A stretch of DNA of 14,980 nucleotides from positions 1-14,980 of the forward strand of contig CAYNQI010000016.1 in assembly GCA_964399335.1 (NCBI GenBank), written 5' to 3'. The notes below the pieces were generated by a model. The model was not told where the DNA came from, ran no database searches, and saw only the letters and a program-made list of their open reading frames with translations. The position numbers were made by a program, and so were the translations under genes. Positions 9,401 to 14,980 of this stretch are shown here, one piece after another; position 1 is the stretch's first letter; the number at the start of each line of letters is the position of its first letter. The stretch is from an uncultured Thermoplasmata archaeon. Lineage in GTDB: Archaea; Thermoplasmatota; Thermoplasmata; Halarchaeoplasmatales; Halarchaeoplasmataceae.

Positions 9401-9999
9401 TCTTCTGTGATTTCTTGTTCTACTTCCTCTTCTACTTCCTCTTCTATCTCCCCCATACTTGTTCCACAATATTTACAAACCTCAGAATCTGCACTTACAA
9501 AAGAACCGCAGTTAGTGCAAAGATAAAGTGAACCATCTTCTTCTTGAGTTTCATCTAAATCTTCGTCTGCATCATCATTTCCCTCCTCATCGATTTCATC
9601 GTCTATATCCTCCATAATTGCTCCACAATTCGAACAGCGTTTAGATTCTTCCCCGACGAAAGCACCACATTCATCACAAAGATAAAGCCCTCCTTTTTCT
9701 TTAGTTTCCTCAATAGTTTTTACAATATCACTAGCTATAGATTCACCTATGCCTTCTATAGAAGTTATACTCTCAACATCTATATCATCTAAATCTTTAA
9801 TATCGGAATATCCAGCTTTAACAATATTCTTAGCTCTAGAAGAACCAACTCCAGATATTTGTTTTAAAGCATTTAAAACATTGAATTCATCATTATCAAG
9901 GGACTGTCCTGGTAATTCTTGATCACATTTTTTACATTTAACAGAATCCAGAGAATTTACAGTGCCACACTCTTCACATTTTATTTTATTGCTACTCAA
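6448..9999 (-). CDS. Multi-zinc-ribbon / HhH / polytopic membrane / TPR protein of unknown function (1183 aa)
   Basis: Nine CxxC-x10-CxxC motifs, a tandem HhH motif (ISGVGSSRA...IEGIGESIA), long D/E-rich linkers, about 6 hydrophobic helices (aa ~855-1021), and three TPRs plus a cap (e.g. AIAWNNLGNVNFRCGNYSEALECYDKALEI). TTG start with a strong RBS. Confidence 0.9.
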   Translation of the reverse strand: MSSNKIKCEECGTVNSLDSVKCKKCDQELPGQSLDNDEFNVLNALKQISGVGSSRAKNIVKAGYSDIKDLDDIDVESITSIEGIGESIASDIVKTIEETKEKGGLYLCDECGAFVGEESKRCSNCGAIMEDIDDEIDEEGNDDADEDLDETQEEDGSLYLCTNCGSFVSADSEVCKYCGTSMGEIEEEVEEEVEQEITEEVIQEKTEEKEEEDGLFLCTNCGAFVSVKSTDCPNCGFTFSEDIEEEDIPEEYEEEIEPEIPDEEGVQEVQEEIDLEVIDELDVGQEEVIEPEKSFESIAEELNEGLEQEVSEEKETEELQEIEPELLSEIDEEFLYEDEDIEDSHVSKEEVEAFEVEEKSEDEFYKEPESTSTTAEGLHVGDNAKICGNCGWISNNSVEECPICHHEFTKEAIDTELEPYDVEDHSMDDDVNTLKKALGLSEKTEEEIGSEREDITSRDESKVDVCTVCGAFLRNENERCPVCGSLSSETPEIETVDGSHIDYTDGNLAICDACGAFVKDQKERCSICGSDMEFAKKDIEKEEVSVAETDQEEVIKKFFGQTDDGSKEYEEDEVELYLCTSCGAMVSASAETCSICQSDLGESDIEPAESYDHSEVEEEPSETLNTEETLDEELEDQDIDEFEEDYEELEEDDFDLSELMDDEEQITGDEIDEDDLGDFAPTSDEIDLEEDEDEFDIKLNEEIESILKSRYDEEKAEIEDKPDQTESTSDLKEKGLEYDADGLKTEIEDEEKSVEDFKKDDDWIRCPTCKSYISKDSEFCSVCDQSLDEVVGEKETISEKTILSKATRVSQTVKSEPSVVSKSKPSLKKSRPEPDFVESHIQHSLKNILYKAKDYEVPVSSLSLLAFGGIYFTTYRTSDFNYFGELGLILIGLFFGLGILTVYAFKDEIISYSSIGFVGYLIGIIISSFIPTSRYILNLNIPLLASAGMTATALGIFWILDYSLPKKFHYYMLWFSGICILFVAGLTLIFYSVQISHLEYTIILPLGLGSVMVMSGTATWYKETIGSYETKSVSLSKRFSNYQDSGNYYENISKTCPVSEEKAIPYYIKGINSCSMGEYEDSIRKFKKALDLEGDNEAIWNNLGTAYSRVGAQEKAKKCLINAINIDEEYAIAWNNLGNVNFRCGNYSEALECYDKALEIQGDYRDAMLNKSQALIKLSKIKA

Positions 10000-10006
10000 A
10001 TTATGG

Positions 10007-10013
10007 CACCTCC
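10007..10013 (-). promoter_or_regulatory. Shine-Dalgarno GGAGGTG for the TTG-initiated zinc-ribbon gene
   Basis: The minus strand reads GGGGAGGTG-CCATAAT-TTG. Confidence 0.75.
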
Positions 10014-10031
10014 CCTTTATTTTTATTTGGC

Positions 10032-10048
10032 ATATATATACTTTTCTC
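10032..10048 (-). promoter_or_regulatory. Putative BRE + TATA promoter for the zinc-ribbon gene
   Basis: The minus strand reads GAGAAAAG-TATATATAT in the 71-nt gap between the two large genes. Confidence 0.55.
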
Positions 10049-10070
10049 AGCGGTGGGAATGATTATAACG

Positions 10071-13000
10071 TTAACCAACTGTATCACCTCTGTATATTTC
10101 TGTTAGCCTGTCCTCATTATGGTATACGTGCTGAGAATCTGTATCATTATTTTGCATTGATTTGTTTCCTTCTTTTTTACGTCTATATATAAACATCCCG
10201 ACAAACAATCCTATTGTTGATAATACTGGAATGAATATGTCAGAAAATTCTGAGATAGTTGTAACATCAGTGACAGTATCAGATACTGATGAATCCCTAG
10301 TAGAAGTAGCTGTAAGTGTACTTACATCCTCGACTCCAGATTCTGCATTCCCAGGTATCTCAACACCAAGTGTAACATCTATAGATTCTCCCATCTTTAA
10401 TTTCCCTGTATCTGGGTTTCCACTTCCTGTAGAATCCCATTCAGAATCGACATAATCCCAGTTCCCATCTCCACCATAATCAATAGCTATTACATTGCCA
10501 TCTCCATCATAAAGAGTTAAATTAAAGCCTTGAGAGGAAGAAACACTCAACTCAAAACGATCGTTACCCCTACCCAGATTAGTTATGGTATGATCATACA
10601 ACACCTCAGTACCAGCTTCTCCTTCACCTTCTCGATCCGGATCAACCTCCACATCAGCAGGTATTTGGAATAATCCATCGTCTTCAGATACAGCTTCTTC
10701 GTAGTCAGTAGCTGTCACCTCTGCCTGGTACTCACCAACATTTGCTTCTTCATCTAAATCATATTCACCTTCATAGGTCAAAGTACCTTCTGAAGAAGAT
10801 AATGAATCAAGTGGGTACATATCAATATTTTCCCCTATTAGCTCCCCATCAGGATTATATATATCCAAGGTTGCCTCCATAATATTTTGTGTTCCATACG
10901 GATCGGAAACATCAGCTCTAACTGTAACTGTATCACCTGCACTGAAGGTATCAGTCTGTTCACCATCTTTGTAAGTCCGGATATTCTCTAGATCAATATA
11001 TGTATCTGTGTTAAGTTCAATACGGGAATCGAATTCAGATGAATCATAATACAAAGTCAAGTCATTAGTAGAGACACTTACCTCCAACTCAAGACGATTA
11101 CCCTCCGAAAGTGTCCAATCAGTATTAATTGGGAATTCGTACCACCCTTCATCTTCTAAAGAACCTATTGAATGTTGACCTATCCTTTCACCTGATTCAA
11201 GCAGGCTAACCGTTACATCAGGACGTCTCCACCCATCACGATGAGGTTCGATGTATAGATAAACGTTTGAGGTACCTAGAAGTGTAAAATCACCAGCGAG
11301 TTCAGGTGATTGGTACCAAATTTGATCTCCCTGGAATCTATTTTGAACTGTATTATCACCTATTTGATTGTCTAATGTATCATCCTCATGTAGATATAGT
11401 GTTCTCATCACCGTCGGAGGGGGAACGCGAGTTGTTACTGCAGCATCATCAATTATATCATCTTCAGTTGAAGATGTTGCATATAATGCCGTTTCATCTG
11501 TTTCCCCTTCTATATCTGGTGGAACAAATTTTACGAGTGTGAAATCTATTGAATCTAACGCTTCTAAAGATACATCGGGATAGCCACTATCAGTACTATC
11601 CCATGACTGATCAATCCAATCCCAGTTACCTTTCCCCTCTTCATCAAGAGCAACGAGTTCTCCTCCAAAATATAACCCTGTTTCCCATCGGCGGCTTGAT
11701 TCACCTACGCTTAGCTCATAGATATCGTCCATATTCCCTATATTTTCAACAGTAATACCATACTCTACACTAGAATCAGCATCTACTGTTTTGTAATTAT
11801 CAGGGTAAACGAAAACGTCGTATTCTTTGGGTAATAAGAAATAACCAGACCCAATATCAGATATACCCTGTATATCTAATGCAGTGATATCGATCTCATA
11901 TTTACCCCTAGTCACATCCTCAGGGATCTGGAAAGAAGTATAATATGTGGCACTATAAGGAGGATGATTATCATCATCTTCCAAAAAATCCATTTCAACG
12001 TTCTCTAAAAATATTTCACCATCAGGATCCAACACATCCATAGTGATATCAAAAATCACGTCAGCACTCACCGGATGAGAAACGTCAGTCCTTACTTCCA
12101 CAATTTCTCCATAGTCAAAATCACTCCTTTGATTGCCATCTGAATCGTAAGTCCTTACGTCATCAACTTCGACAGTAGTATCTGTTGGTATGTTGATCCT
12201 AGAATCGTATTCATCATTATTATAATAAACTGACAGATGTAATCTACCATCATCCCCAAAAATTTCAGTGTTCATCGATAATGTATCCCCTGCAGATAGA
12301 GTATCTACCATAGGATCAATAGACACCATATACCACCCTTCATCAGAAACTCTGCTGATCTCACTATATCCAACAGTATTCCCTCCACTATCTAAAGATA
12401 TATTGACCCCAGGAGCATGACGGCCTGTAGGATCTGGCTCTAGGTAAAGATGAACGGTCATGTCTGATGTGATGGAAAGATCACCTGCAAATGGTTCGGA
12501 TTCCCATGAGTGTGAATCTGTTCCTCTATTATCTAATAAAACACTGAGTTCATTATTTCCTTCTTCAAGTGATAGAGAGTCTTCTTCTCTAAGATAGAAT
12601 CTTAGATTTTCACTTGATTCAGTAAGGAGTTGATCTTCACCACCTACTATCTCCTCGGAATCTACAGAATTCGTTTCAGGATTATAACTGCTCAGATCAT
12701 AACTATTAGAACCATCTTCGATATCGTTGAAGTGATTCATACGCTGATTGATACCCCGTATACTCTCTTCATCTATTGGAGATGTAACATCCATAGCATT
12801 AGTCCAGTCAGAGCTGACGAAGGACACTCTTGCTTCAGATTCAAGTTCTAAATCGATAGCTGTTTCCAAACTAGTTCGATTGATTGCAGTGTGTATTTCA
12901 TCTATCATGGTCCATTCCCAGTCGTTACCCGATCCTTCATATTCAGTCAGATATGCCGAAGTAACTTCCATATTTCTACCTGTGATGTTAACCATATAAT

Positions 13001-14980
13001 CTGCTCTGATGTCTAACCATGGTGCACTGTAACCCTCAGTTGGGTCAGTTTCGATAAATATCCTCATGAAATCATGACCCGTCCTAACTGGAATTGTTAC
13101 TGGACCGATATACCGACTTACTTCTCTACCCCAATATCTTTCGGGAATTTTGGGGTCTTCGGGGATAGTAGTGTTCAACCATTTATCGGGACCATAGGGC
13201 CAATCAGCAACTCCATCACCATCTACATCTGGAAGAAGTTCACCATCAACCTCCACGAACATCTCGGAATCTGGAGTTCCATCGTTTGTAAAATCATTTG
13301 GATATGGGTCGTATATATCTGGTATTCCATCACCATCGGAATCTTTCAATTCAGGAGGCCTAGACCGATGATATGGGATGTCCTCACCACCCATCATGTT
13401 ACCTTCAACTCCCACCTTAAACAAAGTTTCATCGTGTGAATACATGCTGTGTCTTCTGATATCTATATTTGGATTCCAGGTATCATGGGGAGTCAAATCG
13501 TCTAATGGATCGGTTCTATAAGCATATTCATCCCAGAATGCAAATGCTCCATCAACACGAGGTTCTTCAGGGATCTCATTTATATGTTTATTTTCCATTA
13601 ATGGAGGGAAAATGGTAGATAATCCGTCTCTACAAAGGATATCGGCCAATCTTAGTCCAATAGGTTCTCTAGAAGTTGCTTCATCATTAATATACGCTGC
13701 TACGATGAACTCTCGAGGTTTAGGAGTTAATTCTAGATCCAATTCGATTGTAGCATTATTCTCAAAGTTTTCATATACCGCAATTGGTTCTCCGATAAAT
13801 TCGCCATTAGTGTAATTTTGCATATCATAAATGAATACACTATCGATGTATTCTGAAGAATAGTCGTTATATTCTAAAACAATTGATTCCATTATTGCAT
13901 CTTCAGATATAGAAATCGATTCAAAAGAAAATAAAGGTTCTAGTTCTCCAGATTCAACTACTTTCGGTCCAAATAATTCTGTAGAGGTCGCAATAGAATC
14001 TAGACCCTCCCATACTTTTCCAGCAGTGATGTCCCACCCACGGGGACTTTTTGAATGGATTACCATTGAAGGTTGTTTATCTTCTGCAAGACTACCTATC
14101 CAAAATCTTGCTTCCAACTCACTTCCTTCCGATATAGCTTGACCACCTCCAGAATTCCGGAATCCATTCCAATCATCAGATCCACGACTTTCATTGAATC
14201 TTTGAAGCGTAGTTCCTTCGATATTTTCACCCCATCCATATACTTCAAAAAGGTAATCTGCCTTTATATCTCCGATTTCATACCCATAATCTTCCACATC
14301 GATGAAGAAACGCACTGAATGCACACCCTCATCGATTTCAAACAATGTACCATTAGTTCGTAAATATAGATACATATATCCATCAGATTCCTTTAATTTG
14401 TATTCTCTAATATCTAAACTTTTGTCTTCTAATTCATCATTCTCTGGATCGTAATAAGCACGAACAGCGTGCCAATCATCAAAGTCACCATCTATTTCAA
14501 CATCTATTTCAACAGGTACGTAAAGAAGATTTAACATTATTGGTATAGTTAAAAGAAAAATCATTATGACCACAGTCCCTAATCCTTTTTTAAACCAAGA
14601 TGGAGGCATACCACGATGAGGTAAGCTACCTCCTTCACCAAGATCCATTCTATGTGATGCAAGGGTGTCTTTAATGAAACCCTCATCATCATTTGGTAAA
14701 CCTCCTCCAACTAGACCATTTACCAGGCCATCTTCAGCAGGTAAACTGTTTTTCTCTTCGTCTTTTATAAAATCTGAATATACATCTTCTTCACCGGTCA
14801 TCCCAACAATTCTATCAACTAATCCATCTTCATCCGGTATAGATTGGCTCTCTAAAACAGTATCAATAGTGCCATCAGTTGCAGTTTCTTTAAACACAAC
14901 GTCCCCATTGTTTTTGTCTAATCCATTTACTAATCCGTTTATTTTTCCATTAACTTCACCGTTGATTTTTCCGTTAGTCA
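10071..14980 (-). CDS. Large acidic cell-surface glycoprotein-like protein, 5' partial (>1635 aa)
   Basis: The frame stays open from the GTG at 14897 to the window edge (...TNGKINGEVNGKINGLVNGLDKNNGDVVFKE). It has a TM helix near 14520-14586, beta-sandwich-type extracellular repeats, DxDGDG loops, about nine extracellular NxS/T sequons, and a C-terminal SEF-TM-RRKK segment. Confidence 0.88.
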   Translation of the reverse strand, partial: TNGKINGEVNGKINGLVNGLDKNNGDVVFKETATDGTIDTVLESQSIPDEDGLVDRIVGMTGEEDVYSDFIKDEEKNSLPAEDGLVNGLVGGGLPNDDEGFIKDTLASHRMDLGEGGSLPHRGMPPSWFKKGLGTVVIMIFLLTIPIMLNLLYVPVEIDVEIDGDFDDWHAVRAYYDPENDELEDKSLDIREYKLKESDGYMYLYLRTNGTLFEIDEGVHSVRFFIDVEDYGYEIGDIKADYLFEVYGWGENIEGTTLQRFNESRGSDDWNGFRNSGGGQAISEGSELEARFWIGSLAEDKQPSMVIHSKSPRGWDITAGKVWEGLDSIATSTELFGPKVVESGELEPLFSFESISISEDAIMESIVLEYNDYSSEYIDSVFIYDMQNYTNGEFIGEPIAVYENFENNATIELDLELTPKPREFIVAAYINDEATSREPIGLRLADILCRDGLSTIFPPLMENKHINEIPEEPRVDGAFAFWDEYAYRTDPLDDLTPHDTWNPNIDIRRHSMYSHDETLFKVGVEGNMMGGEDIPYHRSRPPELKDSDGDGIPDIYDPYPNDFTNDGTPDSEMFVEVDGELLPDVDGDGVADWPYGPDKWLNTTIPEDPKIPERYWGREVSRYIGPVTIPVRTGHDFMRIFIETDPTEGYSAPWLDIRADYMVNITGRNMEVTSAYLTEYEGSGNDWEWTMIDEIHTAINRTSLETAIDLELESEARVSFVSSDWTNAMDVTSPIDEESIRGINQRMNHFNDIEDGSNSYDLSSYNPETNSVDSEEIVGGEDQLLTESSENLRFYLREEDSLSLEEGNNELSVLLDNRGTDSHSWESEPFAGDLSITSDMTVHLYLEPDPTGRHAPGVNISLDSGGNTVGYSEISRVSDEGWYMVSIDPMVDTLSAGDTLSMNTEIFGDDGRLHLSVYYNNDEYDSRINIPTDTTVEVDDVRTYDSDGNQRSDFDYGEIVEVRTDVSHPVSADVIFDITMDVLDPDGEIFLENVEMDFLEDDDNHPPYSATYYTSFQIPEDVTRGKYEIDITALDIQGISDIGSGYFLLPKEYDVFVYPDNYKTVDADSSVEYGITVENIGNMDDIYELSVGESSRRWETGLYFGGELVALDEEGKGNWDWIDQSWDSTDSGYPDVSLEALDSIDFTLVKFVPPDIEGETDETALYATSSTEDDIIDDAAVTTRVPPPTVMRTLYLHEDDTLDNQIGDNTVQNRFQGDQIWYQSPELAGDFTLLGTSNVYLYIEPHRDGWRRPDVTVSLLESGERIGQHSIGSLEDEGWYEFPINTDWTLSEGNRLELEVSVSTNDLTLYYDSSEFDSRIELNTDTYIDLENIRTYKDGEQTDTFSAGDTVTVRADVSDPYGTQNIMEATLDIYNPDGELIGENIDMYPLDSLSSSEGTLTYEGEYDLDEEANVGEYQAEVTATDYEEAVSEDDGLFQIPADVEVDPDREGEGEAGTEVLYDHTITNLGRGNDRFELSVSSSQGFNLTLYDGDGNVIAIDYGGDGNWDYVDSEWDSTGSGNPDTGKLKMGESIDVTLGVEIPGNAESGVEDVSTLTATSTRDSSVSDTVTDVTTISEFSDIFIPVLSTIGLFVGMFIYRRKKEGNKSMQNNDTDSQHVYHNEDRLTEIYRGDTVG
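10173..10253 (-). other. PEF-CTERM-like sorting/anchor segment (ISEFSDIFIPVLSTIGLFVGMFIYRRKK)
   Basis: Tripartite layout of motif, hydrophobic helix and basic cluster, as in archaeosortase C substrates, but with SEF in place of PEF. Confidence 0.65.
10254..12611 (-). repeat. Tandem duplication of a ~390-400 aa three-domain module (copy 1 ~12611-11415, copy 2 ~11414-10254)
   Basis: Paired motifs: FAGDLSITSDMTVHLYLEP / LAGDFTLLGTSNVYLYIEP; DEGWY / DEGWY; YDSRINIPTD / FDSRIELNTD; VRTY / IRTY; DPDGE / NPDGE; GKYEI / GEYQA; GNWDWIDQSWDSTDSGYPD / GNWDYVDSEWDSTGSGNPD. Confidence 0.85.
13203..13343 (-). other. Ca2+-binding-type loops (TSP3-like DSDGDGIPDIYDPYPND...DGTPD and DVDGDGVAD)
   Basis: Two DxDGDG motifs with the DGIPD..DP.P pattern characteristic of thrombospondin type-3-like repeats. 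Confidence 0.7.
14922..14978 (-). repeat. Tetrapeptide xxNG repeat (TNG-KING-EVNG-KING-LVNG) with 12/24-nt DNA periodicity
   Basis: On the plus strand, ccgtttatttttccatta (14935-14952) and ccgttgatttttccgtta (14959-14976) match at 16 of 18 nt, 24 nt apart. The repeat continues off the window. Confidence 0.75.

Noticed and set aside
7800-9620. TTC/TCA/TCT-rich periodic DNA suggesting tandem repeats or a CRISPR-like array
   Set aside because: The periodicity is 3-nt codon bias from Glu/Asp runs on the minus strand. No identical repeat units with spacers are present.
10080-10091. RGD tripeptide near the C-terminus of the surface protein
   Set aside because: It lies in the predicted cytoplasmic tail after the last TM, and a single tripeptide is expected by chance in 1600 aa.
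8246-14318. Plus-strand ORFs over the two giant genes (e.g. 8889-9290, 10162-10455, 13074-13439)
   Set aside because: Antisense to long motif-rich CDSs. Their Leu/Phe/Ser richness is the expected mirror of GAA/GAT-rich coding DNA.

Overview
AT-rich archaeal chromosomal window. Acidic proteins, BRE/TATA promoters, GGAGGTG-type RBSs and an archaeal HMG-CoA synthase/thiolase/DUF35 trio suggest a probably halophilic Thermoplasmatota-like organism (inference). The left half is metabolic: an HMG-CoA synthase - thiolase-like - DUF35 operon, a nitroreductase, an AMP-forming acyl-CoA synthetase and a stand-alone dihydrolipoamide dehydrogenase. The right half holds two giant co-oriented minus-strand membrane protein genes. 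One is a 1183-aa protein with nine CxxC-x10-CxxC zinc ribbons, a helix-hairpin-helix domain, about 6 TM helices and C-terminal TPRs. The other is a >1635-aa surface protein that runs off the window edge, with an xxNG repeat, an N-proximal TM, duplicated extracellular modules, Ca-binding loops and a PEF-CTERM-like anchor. Two observations stand out. (1) The thiolase of the otherwise intact mevalonate-entry trio has lost its catalytic fingerprint residues (CxS to GAS, HDCF to HDNY, GHP to GQP), so it may be a pseudo-enzyme or a repurposed enzyme. (2) The zinc-ribbon/HhH/TM/TPR protein and the doubly anchored surface protein may form an uncharacterised trans-envelope system. No RNA genes, CRISPR arrays or mobile elements were recognised.
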